From Planctomycetota bacterium (GTDB lineage: Bacteria > Planctomycetota > UBA11346): a stretch of 64,000 bases of DNA. The notes under the pieces are model-generated. The model worked only from the letters and a program-made list of their open reading frames with translations, had not been told where the DNA came from and searched no databases. This document shows positions 45,460 through 56,900 of this stretch, one piece after another. The stretch covers positions 2,384-66,383 of the forward strand of contig JANPLC010000111.1 in the NCBI GenBank assembly GCA_031426335.1. The letters run 5' to 3'. The stretch's first letter is position 1. Every line of letters begins with the position of its first letter. A program made the position numbers and the translations under genes.

Positions 45460-47841
45460 ATGGACCTCCTCCTGTGGTTGTTCACCTTCCAATCCGCCGG
45501 TGGTGGCGACACCACGATCGTCTGGCCGCCAACGCTGCCGAACGTCGCGACCCCGCTGATGAAGTTATTGTTCATCGGCTTGGCGATCGCGATTGCCGTG
45601 GTGGTATTCCAACTCTACCGCCGTGAGCCGGACTACGTCGCGCAGAAGCGCAAACGCATCCTTGCGACGCTGCGCATGCTCGCGGGCTTTGTCCTGCTCT
45701 TCATCTGCACTGGCGCTTTCCTGGAAGTGCAGCACCGCGAAGAAACCAAAGGCACGCTCGTGCTGCTGGTCGACCAGTCGCAATCGATGGGCATCATCGA
45801 TCGCAAGGGCGATGCCGGCGCCGACGCCGCGCTGGAAAAGGTCATCGGCATTGCGCCCGAGAAGGTCACCCGCAGCGAACAAGTGCAACGCGCTCTCGCC
45901 AACGAACAGGTGGCCTTCCTCAAGGAACTCTCCGAATCGTTTACCGTCGAAGCCTACACCTTCGGCCAGGCTGCCCAGATCAGCGCGCTTGAGCTAGCGA
46001 CTGACGATCCCGCCGGCCCGTTGGCCAAACTCGCCAAGCCCACCGATCCCGCGACGCAGCTCGGCGGCGCTTTGCGCGATACCGCGCGCCGGCTCAAGGG
46101 CCGCAAGATCGATGGTGTTGTGGTGTTCAGCGACGGTGGTTGGAACCGCGGTGAAGAACCGCTGCCCGCCGCCGAAGACCTCAACGCTCCGGTGTTCACC
46201 GTCGGCGTCGGTCAGCCGCGCACGCGTGACATCGCCGTGACGTTTGTCTCGTGCGAGGACGTGGTCTTCAAGGGTGATGCGTTCGCCTTGACCGTACGCG
46301 TGCGTTCGAGCGGCTTCTCTGGCACCACCGCCCGCTTAGTCATACGCCAAGGCGATGACGTGGTGCGCGAGATGGCGCTTGAACTCGACGACAGCAGCGA
46401 GCGTACCCACACCGTGGCAGTGACGCCGCGTGACGCTGGCACCTATACTTTCAGTGCTGAAGTGGAGCCGCTCGCCGACGAACTCTCGGCCGACAACAAC
46501 AAACGCGACCGCCCAGGCGTCACCGTGGTCGACAAGAAAATCCGCGTGCTGCTGGTGGAAGATTCGCCACGTTGGGAGACCCGCTTCCTCACGTCGATCC
46601 TCGAAGCCGACAAGACCCGTATCGAAGCGAGCTTCCTCTTGCGCCAAGCTGACGAACGCCTCGCGACGATCGATCGTCGCCACCTCCGCGCCTTCCCGGC
46701 GCTGCCGGCGGATCTGCGCAGTTACGACGTGGTGGTGTTCGGCAACATCGGCGTGGAGTTCTTCACTCAGGAAGAGCTGAAGAACCTCGCCAACTTCGTG
46801 CAGATGGAGGGCGGTGGCGTGTTGTTCATCGCTGGCCGCAATCGCCTGCCGGATGCGTATGAAGGTTCACCGCTCGCTGACTTGCTGCCGGTGGAGATTG
46901 AAAACCAGCCGAGCTACAGCGTCGACGATGAACTCGCGCGCACGCTGAAAACCGGCTTCCGCATGCAGTTGACCGCCGAAGGTAAACGCTCGTCGCTCAC
47001 CCGTCTTGCTCCGGAAGCGCGCGAGAACGACCTGATGTGGGAGAAATCCGACCTGATGTTCTGGCGCTATCCCGCCACGCGCCTGAAGTCGGGCGCCACC
47101 GCGCTCGCCACCATCGGCGCCACCGGCACTGGCCGTGGCCAGGAAGGCGAACCCGTCATCGCCATGCAGCGCTATGGCAAAGGCCAAGTGATCTGGATGG
47201 GCACCGATGAAACGTGGCGCTGGCGCTCCAAGCCAGGCCCGGAAGCGCACCGCCGTTTCTGGGGCCAGCTGATCGGCTCGCTGTCGCAGGCGCACCTGCT
47301 GGGCAAGACCAACCGCGTGCAGCTCGAAACCGACAAGTCGGAATACGTCATCGGCGATCGCGCGGCGATCACCGCACGCCTGCTCGACCAGGACTTCAAC
47401 CGCCGAGTCGACGATCAGGTCACCGCCATCGTCGAACGTGGTGCGCTGGGCAAAGAAGAGGTCGTGCTCGCCGCGGTGAAGGATCAGCCGGGTACCTTCC
47501 AGGGCGAGTTCGTCCCAGGCACCGCCGGCGAATACCGCCTAGTCATCAAGGACGAGGAAGACGAAGCCGAGCGCCTGTTCACCGCCGTTGCTCCACGCAT
47601 TGAGTTCGATGATCCGGGCATGCGCGCCGAACTGCTGACGCAGATCGCCAACGCCACCAAGGGCCGTTACGCCACCCTCGCGGATCTCGCCGACCTCAAG
47701 AAGGATCTCGCTGCGCAGGAACACGTCGCTGAACCACGACGTGAGGAACGTGCGTTGTGGAACGCGCCTGGCGTCATGATCTTGATCACTCTGCTGCTCG
47801 GACTTGAGTGGTTCTTCCGCAAGCGCTGGGACCTCCTATGA
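45460..47841 (+). CDS. membrane protein with VWA (MIDAS DQSQSMG) and a GATase1-like/ThuA-like domain (BatB-like analogue), C-terminal TM anchor
   Basis: 793 aa. N-terminal TMs and a C-terminal TM GVMILITLLLGLEWFF. Starts 3 nt after the previous stop. Confidence 0.55.
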   Translation: MDLLLWLFTFQSAGGGDTTIVWPPTLPNVATPLMKLLFIGLAIAIAVVVFQLYRREPDYVAQKRKRILATLRMLAGFVLLFICTGAFLEVQHREETKGTLVLLVDQSQSMGIIDRKGDAGADAALEKVIGIAPEKVTRSEQVQRALANEQVAFLKELSESFTVEAYTFGQAAQISALELATDDPAGPLAKLAKPTDPATQLGGALRDTARRLKGRKIDGVVVFSDGGWNRGEEPLPAAEDLNAPVFTVGVGQPRTRDIAVTFVSCEDVVFKGDAFALTVRVRSSGFSGTTARLVIRQGDDVVREMALELDDSSERTHTVAVTPRDAGTYTFSAEVEPLADELSADNNKRDRPGVTVVDKKIRVLLVEDSPRWETRFLTSILEADKTRIEASFLLRQADERLATIDRRHLRAFPALPADLRSYDVVVFGNIGVEFFTQEELKNLANFVQMEGGGVLFIAGRNRLPDAYEGSPLADLLPVEIENQPSYSVDDELARTLKTGFRMQLTAEGKRSSLTRLAPEARENDLMWEKSDLMFWRYPATRLKSGATALATIGATGTGRGQEGEPVIAMQRYGKGQVIWMGTDETWRWRSKPGPEAHRRFWGQLIGSLSQAHLLGKTNRVQLETDKSEYVIGDRAAITARLLDQDFNRRVDDQVTAIVERGALGKEEVVLAAVKDQPGTFQGEFVPGTAGEYRLVIKDEEDEAERLFTAVAPRIEFDDPGMRAELLTQIANATKGRYATLADLADLKKDLAAQEHVAEPRREERALWNAPGVMILITLLLGLEWFFRKRWDLL

Positions 47842-49586
47842 GCCGCGACATCCTCCTCCAGAAAATCGACGAAGTCCGCAGCCGGCAGCGCTCAGTCGCC
47901 ATCGGCCAGGGCGTCGCGCGCATTGTGCTCGCAGTCATCGGCCTGGTGCTGGCGTTCTTCTTGGTCGACTGGCTGATCCTGGCCAAGTCGACTCCCGGTT
48001 CCGGCGACCGTCTCGCGCGCGGCATCCTGGTGGCGGCGATGCTCGCCACGCTCGGCTGGGTGGTGTGGCGTTCGCTCATCCGCGTGCTGTTGCATGCCCC
48101 CGACGACGACGAGGTCGCACTCAAGGTCGAACGTGGCCATCCGGAATTGCGTGGCCGACTGATTTCGACCATCCAATTGCGCCGCAGCAGCACCGCCGGT
48201 GGTTCCAAGGAGCTGATCGCGGCGCTCGAACAGGACACTGTCTCTTTCGTCGGCGCCAAACATTTCACTGACATCATCGACTTGGCCCTGCTGAAGAAGG
48301 TCGCCCTGTGGGCGAGCGGCGTGATTTTGCTGTCCGTCGCGCTCGGCGCGTGGCGCAGTGACTTCACTGCCGCCATCTTTGCGCGTCTGGCCCTGACCGA
48401 GGCCGCCTATCCGACTGCGGCGAAAATCGTTGAGGTCTCCCCAGGCATCACCACCGCGCGCGGCGAACCGTTCACCATCCGCATCAAGTTGGATCCCACC
48501 GGCACGCTGCCGGAGAAAGCCAGCGCCACCATCCGCGACCTCTCGCCCGATGGTGCAGGCCGTAGCACCGAACTGACGCTGACCCGCGAAAGCCCCACGT
48601 CAGTCGAATACGTCGGCACCATCGATCAGGTGCTGAGCGATCTGGAGTTTCGTCCCGCAGCACACGACGCCTTGTGGCCAGTTTACGAGAAGATCATCGC
48701 GGTCGATCGTCCGGCAATCAAAGCGCTCGCGCTCGCCTACCGCTTCCCCGAGTACCTGAACAAGAAACCTGAAAACTCTGCCGTCGGCGACATCCGCGCA
48801 CCTGAGGGCAGCCACGTCACCATCACCGCGCGCTTCAACCGCCCGGTGATCTCGGCGAAACTCATCACGCGCAATGATCAGAAAGAAGAAAAGCCGCTCG
48901 ACCTGATGCTGCAAGAAGGCGGCGCGAGTGCCTCCATTGATCTGCCGATTCTGACTGACGGGTCGTGGAAGCTGCTCCTGCGCACCGCCGACCTCTTCGA
49001 CAACAAGAACCCCATCGACTATGTCATCGACGCGGTCGCCGACCGCGCGCCGACCGCGAAAATCTCCTTTCCCGCGCAGGATAAAACCGTCACGCGGTTC
49101 GCTCGCTGGCCGATCCGCTTCGCTGCGCGGGACGACCACGGTGTCGCCAAGGGTCGCTTGAAGTACGTCATCAGTACCGCTGACGAAGCCCTCGCCGGCA
49201 CTGGTGCCTTCACCGTCGACACCCAACCGACCAACGCAAAGAGCCTCGACCTCGCTGGTCTGGTCCAGGGCCAACCGCGTCCGGAAGCCGGCGGCGAAGT
49301 GGTCTTCGACCTGCGCACGCTCGGCCTGACTGGCGACTGCCGCATCACCTACTGGATCGAGGTGGAAGACGGCAAGACTCCGTCGCCGAACAAGGGCATC
49401 AGCCCGACGTACGTCTTCACCGTGGTCGAAGCCGCCGTGTTGGAGGAGATGCTCGAACGCGACCGCAACTCGCTGATCGACAGCCTCAAGACCATCCGCA
49501 CCAAGCAGAAGGACGGCCGCGACGGCGTCGACACTCTGCGCCGCGAACTCCAGGACGCTCCGGCTCCAGCGCCGGCCCCGAAGTAG
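47838..49586 (+). CDS. membrane protein with N-terminal TM hairpin and large extracytoplasmic domain (hypothetical)
   Basis: ATGA overlap with the upstream gene at 47838-47841. TMs IVLAVIGLVLAFFLVDWLIL and GILVAAMLATLGWVVW. Confidence 0.5.
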   Translation: MSRDILLQKIDEVRSRQRSVAIGQGVARIVLAVIGLVLAFFLVDWLILAKSTPGSGDRLARGILVAAMLATLGWVVWRSLIRVLLHAPDDDEVALKVERGHPELRGRLISTIQLRRSSTAGGSKELIAALEQDTVSFVGAKHFTDIIDLALLKKVALWASGVILLSVALGAWRSDFTAAIFARLALTEAAYPTAAKIVEVSPGITTARGEPFTIRIKLDPTGTLPEKASATIRDLSPDGAGRSTELTLTRESPTSVEYVGTIDQVLSDLEFRPAAHDALWPVYEKIIAVDRPAIKALALAYRFPEYLNKKPENSAVGDIRAPEGSHVTITARFNRPVISAKLITRNDQKEEKPLDLMLQEGGASASIDLPILTDGSWKLLLRTADLFDNKNPIDYVIDAVADRAPTAKISFPAQDKTVTRFARWPIRFAARDDHGVAKGRLKYVISTADEALAGTGAFTVDTQPTNAKSLDLAGLVQGQPRPEAGGEVVFDLRTLGLTGDCRITYWIEVEDGKTPSPNKGISPTYVFTVVEAAVLEEMLERDRNSLIDSLKTIRTKQKDGRDGVDTLRRELQDAPAPAPAPK

Positions 49587-49813
49587 AACCGCCGATCGAA
49601 CCACACGGACTCAAAGGGCGACGACATGACAGCAGAACAACACCCGCCATCGTCTATTTGAACCCATGTGTGCTGCCTCAGGTCTAGTCCTGGGCCTTTT
49701 CCTCTGCACCCTGTGCGTCTTTTTCGGTTAACTCTCCGCCTTCTGCTCCGCCTCGCCGATCGTCAGTAACAACCGCCGCTCCCGGCCGTTACCCATTTCC
49801 CGAGGGTCCACCT

Positions 49814-51619
49814 ATGCGCCGCATCTCCAGCCCATTGCTCGTCCTCATCGCCTGTTCGATGGCCGTTCAGGCTGCCGATCAGACGACCAACCGCGCCGTG
49901 CGCCAAGAGGAGGGCCGCCAGAAGGGCCTGACCACGCAGACTTCGGCGACCGGCCGTGAGGTCTCCGGCCTGATCGACGAGTACCGTTTCAACGGACTCG
50001 GCGACGAGAACAAACTCAAGGTCCTCGACAAACTCCAGAAGGACTTGGTGCGCCTGACCGACGCCAACGTCGCTGGCGTGCAGGCGGGGGAAGACTCAAC
50101 CACCATGCCGTGGGTCACTACGCGTCTGAACGCGGCACGTCAGCTGCAGAACCTCGTCGAACTGCGCAAAGAACTGATGGCCGCCAGCACCGGGCAGGAC
50201 CACGTCATCGTCCAGATCGACAAGCTGCTCAAGCAGATGCAGGAACAATTCGGCAAGCAGCTCAAGACAGACCTCGGCGAAGTCATCCAGGAGCAACAGC
50301 GCCTGAAGGACGCCACCGAGAAGCTCGCCGAGAAGACCCTCGGTGAGAAGACCGAAAAACTCTCGGCGGAACAGAAGCAGGACCTGGAGAAAACCAGCGA
50401 CCAGCAAGAAGCGTTGGAAGAACAGGTCAAGGAAGCGATCGAGGAACTGAAGGAGCAGGCCAAGGACCAGAGCCAGCCCGAGCAGGCCAAGAGCGCCAAA
50501 GAAGCACTGGAGAAACTCCAGGATCCCAAAGTCCAAGAAGCGATCGAAGAAGCAGCGAAGGACATCAAAGACAATCAATTAGCGCAGGCGCAGGAAGCGC
50601 AGCAGCAAGTGCTCGATGCGCTGAAGGAAGCGCAGCAGGAACTCGCGCAGAGCGACGCTGCCGACAGCCAGCCACAGGATCCTTCCGCCGCCGAACTCGA
50701 ACAGCAGCTCGCGCAGCTGGAGAACATCGCCGAACAGCAGCAGCAACTCCTCGACAAGACCAACGCGCTCGACGCCCAGAGCACCCCGCAAGAATTCAAT
50801 CAGCTCCAGGCCCAGCAGGCTGAACTCCAAAGCCAGACAGCTGAATTGGCGAAGGACATGCAGTCGGCCGCTCAGCAGGCCCAGCAGCAGGCCCTGGAAA
50901 AGCAGCAGGCCGCCCAGCAGGCGCAGCAGCAGGCCCAGCAGAATCCCACCGCCGCCAATAAAGAGGCTGCTCAGCAGGCCCAGCAAGAGGCCAGCCAAGC
51001 GCAGGATGCCGCTGCCGAACAAGCGCAAGGCGCATCACCTGAGGTCCAGGAGGCGCAAGCCGCTGCTGACCAAGCGCAGGCCGCCGCCGAACAGGCCCAG
51101 CAGCAGGGCCAGGGTGAGCAGGCGCAGCAAGCACAGGCCGCCGCCGAACAGGCCCAGCAGCAGGCGCTCGCGGCGATGGCCAACAGCGCTTCCCAACAAG
51201 CCCAGCAAGCGATGCAGGCGGCTCAGCAGGACCTCGGCCAAATGGCCGAATCGCCCGCGGCGCAGGACATGCAGGCCGCGCTCGCCGCACTCGCCCAGAT
51301 GCAGGCCAGCATGCAGGAAGCCCTGAGCCAAAAGACCGGCAAACCAAAGCCCGGTAAGGGCAAGTCGGAGTCGGAAGAGCCGCCGCAACTGGTCGTGCAG
51401 AGCGAGTCGCAGACCGACAAGCCGAAGGAAGCGAAGGAACTGGGAGCCGATCTGCAGAACGGCGAAAAACGCGAACCCGCTGGCCCCGCAGCGTGGCAGG
51501 TCGGTCTGCCGCCAAAGGAACGTGAAGCGCTCAGCGCCGCGCAGAAGGACAAGTTCCCGACGCGTTACGAACGTCAGCTCGCGCTGTATTACCAGAACCT
51601 CGCCTCTGGCAGCAAGTGA
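49814..51619 (+). CDS. secreted Gln/Ala/Glu-rich coiled-coil protein (low complexity)
   Basis: Signal peptide MRRISSPLLVLIACSMAVQA. About 400 aa of heptad-like QQAQQ/EQAQ repeats. Followed directly by the next operon gene, with stop/start overlap at 51616-51619. Confidence 0.6.
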   Translation: MRRISSPLLVLIACSMAVQAADQTTNRAVRQEEGRQKGLTTQTSATGREVSGLIDEYRFNGLGDENKLKVLDKLQKDLVRLTDANVAGVQAGEDSTTMPWVTTRLNAARQLQNLVELRKELMAASTGQDHVIVQIDKLLKQMQEQFGKQLKTDLGEVIQEQQRLKDATEKLAEKTLGEKTEKLSAEQKQDLEKTSDQQEALEEQVKEAIEELKEQAKDQSQPEQAKSAKEALEKLQDPKVQEAIEEAAKDIKDNQLAQAQEAQQQVLDALKEAQQELAQSDAADSQPQDPSAAELEQQLAQLENIAEQQQQLLDKTNALDAQSTPQEFNQLQAQQAELQSQTAELAKDMQSAAQQAQQQALEKQQAAQQAQQQAQQNPTAANKEAAQQAQQEASQAQDAAAEQAQGASPEVQEAQAAADQAQAAAEQAQQQGQGEQAQQAQAAAEQAQQQALAAMANSASQQAQQAMQAAQQDLGQMAESPAAQDMQAALAALAQMQASMQEALSQKTGKPKPGKGKSESEEPPQLVVQSESQTDKPKEAKELGADLQNGEKREPAGPAAWQVGLPPKEREALSAAQKDKFPTRYERQLALYYQNLASGSK

Positions 51620-52689
51620 ACGACATGCGCGCAACCGCTGGTGTCCGGACGTGGTTTAGCCGTGCCTTGTTTGCTGTAGTACTTTCGACGTTCGTCAGCA
51701 CGGGCATGGCGGCTGATACGAGCGTCGACCAAATCGAAATCAGCCCCGCTGCCGCTAACGCCAGCAAGAAGGGCCTCGCGTGGTTGGCCAACACCCAGCG
51801 CGAAGACGGTTCGTGGGGCAGCAGCTACGGCTCGACCACTGGCATCGTCGGCGCATGCGCACTGGCGTTCATGAGCGCTGGCCATGTGCCTGGCTCGGGT
51901 GAACACGGCGTCAACACCGCGCGGGCGCTGAACTTCCTGATCAGTTGCGCCCAACCGAGTGGCCTGCTCTACAAGAACGGCATGCAGGGCGCGCCAATGT
52001 ACCACCACGCACTCGCGACGCTCGCGCTCGCCGAAGGCTGGGGCATGACGCAGGATCCCAAGATCCGCGACACGGTGAAACGTGCGATCGAACTGATCAT
52101 TGCGACGCAGAATCAAAAAGGCGGTTGGCGTTATCAGCCGCGCGTGGCCGACGATGACCTCTCGGTCACGGTGATGATGTTGATGGCGCTGCGGGCGGCG
52201 AAGGACGCCGGCATCGTGGTGCCAAAGGAAACCATCGACCTCGGCATCGAATACGTGAAGAACTGCCACAACGGCAAAGACAGCGGCAAAGACGGCGGCT
52301 TCGGTTACACCCCAGGTGGTCCGTCCGGCTTTGGCCGTACCGGTGCCGGCGTGTTGTCACTCCAGGTCGCGGGAAATTACCGCGCCAAGGAAGTGAAAGA
52401 AGGTGTCGAGTACATGATGTCGCACCAACCGGTCGGCACGTTGCCGGCGGAGAAGGAACACTATTTCTACGGCCAGTACTACGCCGCCATGGGCATCTAT
52501 CAGGCGCAGAGCGCCGGCGAATGGGGCCGTGCGGCGTGGAACAAATGGTATCCCGCCATCACCAAAGAACTGATCACCACCCAGCAACCGGACGGTCGTT
52601 GGAGCGGTGGTTTCGATCAGTACCCGACCGCGATGGCGATCCTGGTGCTCGACATCCCGTACCGTTACCTGCCGATCTATCAGCGATGA
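51616..52689 (+). CDS. secreted prenyltransferase/squalene-oxidase-repeat (alpha-alpha toroid, terpene-cyclase-like) domain protein
   Basis: Signal peptide. Repeated GxWG motifs (DGSWGSS, QKGGWRYQ, GGFGYTP, DGRWSGG) typical of the SQHop_cyclase/prenyltransferase repeat. Start is GTG 51616 or ATG 51625. Confidence 0.6.
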   Translation: MNDMRATAGVRTWFSRALFAVVLSTFVSTGMAADTSVDQIEISPAAANASKKGLAWLANTQREDGSWGSSYGSTTGIVGACALAFMSAGHVPGSGEHGVNTARALNFLISCAQPSGLLYKNGMQGAPMYHHALATLALAEGWGMTQDPKIRDTVKRAIELIIATQNQKGGWRYQPRVADDDLSVTVMMLMALRAAKDAGIVVPKETIDLGIEYVKNCHNGKDSGKDGGFGYTPGGPSGFGRTGAGVLSLQVAGNYRAKEVKEGVEYMMSHQPVGTLPAEKEHYFYGQYYAAMGIYQAQSAGEWGRAAWNKWYPAITKELITTQQPDGRWSGGFDQYPTAMAILVLDIPYRYLPIYQR

Positions 52690-53831
52690 ATTCCTGGCGG
52701 GTGTCGCTCCTCTTGAGCGCCTGCCTGACGGCGCCGCTCATCGCTGCGGATGCCAACGTCCTCGCTGGCGACGGCACACAGCAGAAAGGCGCCATCACCA
52801 GCGATGGCCGCACGCTGACCGTCGCTGGTGCCAGCGTTGCACTTGAACGTTTGGTTGCTGCGCGTTTCGCCAGCACCGTCGCCAATGAAGTCGATCAAGG
52901 CGTCGTGCTCGCCGATGGCGACGTAGTTGCCGGCGTGGTGTTGTCGGTGCAGAACAACCAGCTGGAACTGGCGAGCGATCGTTTCGGCACGCGTTCGCTG
53001 CCGCTGACCGCCGTCGCCGGCATGATCCTGGCGCCGCAATCGCTCACCACCCTCGCGCGGCTTGGCGATGAGCCCGCCGGTGGGCGCTTCCTCAACGGTG
53101 ATCGTCTGGCCGGCAGCGTAGCCTTCCTCAATCCTGCCGCCGCCGGCATCAACACTGGCAAACGCATCGTCGAGCTGCCGCGCGAGCGCTTGGCGCTGGT
53201 GCGCACTGGCACCGCCATCACCGCCGTCAGCACCACGGTGCAGCGTGTGCGTCTGATCACCGGCGAACGTCTGAGCGGCGCGCTGACGAAACTCGATGGC
53301 ACGACGCTAACGCTGAAACACGCCGCGCTCGGCGACCTCACCATTCCGCTCGCGTTGGTCGCATCGTTGTGGAGCGACGGCGGCGCGTTGACCTCGTTGA
53401 CCACCCTGCCGGCCACCGTCACGCAGGCCGGGTTCCTTGGCCCCGCAGCCCTGCCGCGTGCGAATGGTGCCGGCAATGATGGCCCGTTGCCCGTGCTCGG
53501 CAGCACCGCGGAGCAGGTTTTGCGCGTGCAGGCGCGCTGCTCGCTGACCTACACGCTCGACGGCACCAGCGACGTGTTGGTGGCTGAGATCGCGCTCGAT
53601 CCACGCGCCATCGGCCACGGCGATGCGACGGTGCGTGTTCTTGGTGACGGAAAGATGCTGGCCGAGGTCGCGCTCGCCGACGGCAAAGCTCACCTGCTCA
53701 ACGTCGTGCTCACCGGCGTACGCACCCTGGTGCTGCAGACCGAGACCGGTCCCGATGGCGTCACCACCGGCGACTTGGTCACCTGGTCGTGGCCGATGCT
53801 GGTGCGCGGCGCGCCGACGGCCGCACGCTGA
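52686..53831 (+). CDS. secreted hypothetical protein (beta-rich)
   Basis: ATGA overlap with the upstream stop (52686-52689). Signal peptide MNSWRVSLLLSACLTAPLIAADA. I recognise no family. Confidence 0.5.
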   Translation: MNSWRVSLLLSACLTAPLIAADANVLAGDGTQQKGAITSDGRTLTVAGASVALERLVAARFASTVANEVDQGVVLADGDVVAGVVLSVQNNQLELASDRFGTRSLPLTAVAGMILAPQSLTTLARLGDEPAGGRFLNGDRLAGSVAFLNPAAAGINTGKRIVELPRERLALVRTGTAITAVSTTVQRVRLITGERLSGALTKLDGTTLTLKHAALGDLTIPLALVASLWSDGGALTSLTTLPATVTQAGFLGPAALPRANGAGNDGPLPVLGSTAEQVLRVQARCSLTYTLDGTSDVLVAEIALDPRAIGHGDATVRVLGDGKMLAEVALADGKAHLLNVVLTGVRTLVLQTETGPDGVTTGDLVTWSWPMLVRGAPTAAR

Positions 53832-53907
53832 CTGACCCGGGCCTTGCGTCGCTGCGGGGCTGGGTGCGGATGGGTTCACATCTTTTTTCTCTCTGCGGGA
53901 TGCTTCC

Positions 53908-56900
53908 ATGAAACCGTTCGCACTGCTGCTCGTCCTGTTGTGCTCGTTGCCGCTGACCGCGGCCGATCTGGTGTGGCCGGCCACGCACACTGGTGATCAG
54001 CCGCCCGCGGGCTGGGAGATCCAGACGGGTGAAGGTGCGAGCCTCCGTTTTGCCGCTGGTGATCTGGTGATCCAGGCGCTGCCGCACCGTCATGCGTTGG
54101 TGTCGCGCGAGCTGGGCATCGACGGCAGCGATGCCAAACCGTTGGTGATCACGGCTTTGGTTGCGGCGGACAACGCCCGTGCCCTCGGCGGCCTGCCAAC
54201 CGCCATCGCCTTGTGGTGGGATGCGGAAAACGCGGTGCAAATCGGGCTTTCGGGTGGACAGATCGAAGCCGTCGAACATTGGGATGCGAGCCGGCGACGC
54301 GGCTGGGCGCAGTGGATTGCCGGCGGGACCGTCGGTCGCGCCAGCACCGAACAGCCTCTCTATGTCAACGAAGCTCCGGCGCACGTGCGCTTGGTGGTCA
54401 GCAGCAATGATGTCGCGGCAGCGATCAGCGCCGACGGAGTGAACTGGCGCGTGTTGGCCACGCTGCCCCGCGTCGGCACGCCGCTGGCCAAAACGCCGGT
54501 ACGGTTGGTGGTCGGCCGTGGACACGTCGGCGACGACAAGGAAAAACGCCGTCCGGCACTGGCGAACGACCTGCGCGATATCGGCGTCAAGGAAGCGCTC
54601 ACGACGCGCGTAGCCGATCTCACGATCACCAACGGTGCGGCGGCTCTGCCACGTGCGCGCTTGGTGGCCAAAGCCACTGGCTTCGAGGATCTGCGCGAAG
54701 CCGACCTCGACGCGACCACCGTCGCGCAGTGGCACCTGCTCGGACCGCTACCGCCGTCGGACAAAGCCTACGGCATCGAAGAGGCGCGTGATCTCAGCGG
54801 CGGTTTGCCGTTAATCGCCGGTCAGGACGTGCGCTGGAAACCGTACGTCGGAGAAAGTCCGGCAGATCGCCGGACGTTCAGCCTCAAACGCGCGGTGAAA
54901 TCCGAACGCGAACACCAAGTGCTCTACGCTGCCACCATCATCACTTGCGAGGCTCCGCGTTACGAACGCGTGTGGTTCGATGGCGCGCGCGCCGCGACAC
55001 TGTTCGTCAATGGTCGTCAGATCGCCGAGAAACGCATGAGCTGGGAATCCGACATCGTCGCCGACCGCTACGTCGCCACGGTGCGTTTGGCGGCGGGTCA
55101 GAACCTGCTGCTGATTCGTTTGAAGGCGGCACACGACGGACAGTGCCGTTTGGCGCTGCGCCACGAAGCCGCCACGCCGCTGCAACGCATCGCTGACCTG
55201 ACGCAGGCGATCGCTGCGTATGGTATGGATGGTGACGCCTGCGTCGCCGCGTGGTTGGAGATCAGCCAGTGGTGGGAAGTGCTCGGCCAACGTCGTCTGG
55301 CGACAGAAGCGCTGGGCCGTGGTCTGGAGCGCGAAGGCCTTACCGGCACGCAGTTGGATGCGCTGTCGTTCGCCCGCGCGCGCCTGCACGGTGAACTACG
55401 CGATGAAAAAGCGGTGCTCGCCGATATCGAGGAACTCGCCAAGCGCCGCCTGCTGGGCGAGGACGGCGATCGTCCGACCACGCGCCTCAATCTGGTGCGC
55501 CTGTGGGAACGCATGGGCTTTCCGGATCGTGCGCTTGGCGCTGCTGAAGAGTTGATCAAGGACACCACCATCGATGCGAGCACGTTGTCCGAGGCCGGTC
55601 TGGAACGCGCGCGCCTGCGCGTGCTGCTCAAACAAGAAGCTCCCATCCCAGGCGAACTGCGCGCCATCGCCGCGCGGCTGCCGGCGTCCGATCCGCTCGC
55701 CTTCGAACTGCACCTGGCGGCGCTGCGCCGTGATCGCGACGCCGCTGCGGCGCTTGCCGTCGCCGTCAACGATCGTGCGCGTCAGGCGCGGGTGTTCGCG
55801 GTGCAAGCCGCGCTCGCCGAAGAAAAAAATGACGCCGCCGGCCGCGTCGCTGCGCTGCGCAAGTTGATCACCGTCAGCGACGGCGAGTCGACCTGGGAAA
55901 GTTTACAGAGTGAACTCGCCGAGGCCCTCGCGCCCAGCGACCGCGCCGGCGCCATCAGTGCGTACAAAGCCGCGCTCGACCGTGCGCCCGCCGCTGCCCA
56001 TCCCCTGGTGGTCGCTGCGCGCAAAATTGCGGAAGCCGCCACCGGCGATGCGGCACTCGGGAAGTGGCGCGCAGCTGCAGCCCAGGCCGCACTCGCCGAT
56101 AGCGAGGCTGGCGCCCGTCTGCTGACGGACGCGCTTAAAACGCCCGCCAACTTGCCGACCGGCGATGGCGAGGCGCTGACCGCACCAGTGATCACCGACT
56201 TCCACGTCATCGGTCCGTTCGCCAATCCGGATTTCATCGCCTACAGCAAACCGCCGGTGAATCCTGAAAAGATCGATTTGAACAATCAGGTGCAGGGCAA
56301 ACGTTGGACTCGTCCCGGCAAGGAAGCCTACCGCGACGGCATTTTGAATCTGAGTGCGCTCTACAACGCGAACGACAGCGTCGCCTTTGCTTACCGTGCC
56401 ATCGCCGTTGCAGTGGCGGGTGACGGCGAACTGCTGCTCGGCTCCGACGACGGCCTGACGGTGTGGTTCAACGGGCAGAAGGTGCACGAAGACCGCGACA
56501 ACCGCGGAGTACAGCCAGGTCAGATCCGCATTCCGGTGAAATTCACCGCCGGCACCAATCGCATCCTGTGCATGGTCCAGAACGGCAACGGCGACTGGGG
56601 TCTGCACCTGCGCATCGGCGGCGCCGCCACCGGCAGCCGTGGACTGGCCGAGATCCTGGCGATGCTCGAACAAGATGCGCGTCGTCCGCGTGCGGCCGAG
56701 GCGCTGTTGGAAATGGTAGGCGGCGAGGTCGGCTCCGACCGCGGCGAAGATGCCACCGCGCTGTCGCGCCTTGGTCTACGTGCACTCAGCGATGCGCCGG
56801 TAGCGCAGGCCGCGATGGTCCGCCGACTGATCGATGAACGCCGCGACCGTCCGCGTCTGCTCAAAGACGCGAGCGGTCCGGTGCGGTGGTTGTTGTCGGC

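Noticed and set aside
50575-51634. Cys/Ala/Ser-rich and Leu/Arg-rich antisense ORFs within the Q/A coiled-coil gene, and the idea of a CAG/GCC simple-sequence contingency tract
   Set aside because: The antisense frames are by-products of the CAG/GCC codon repetition. The repeats are imperfect (no pure tract of >=5 identical units), so slipped-strand phase variation is not supported.
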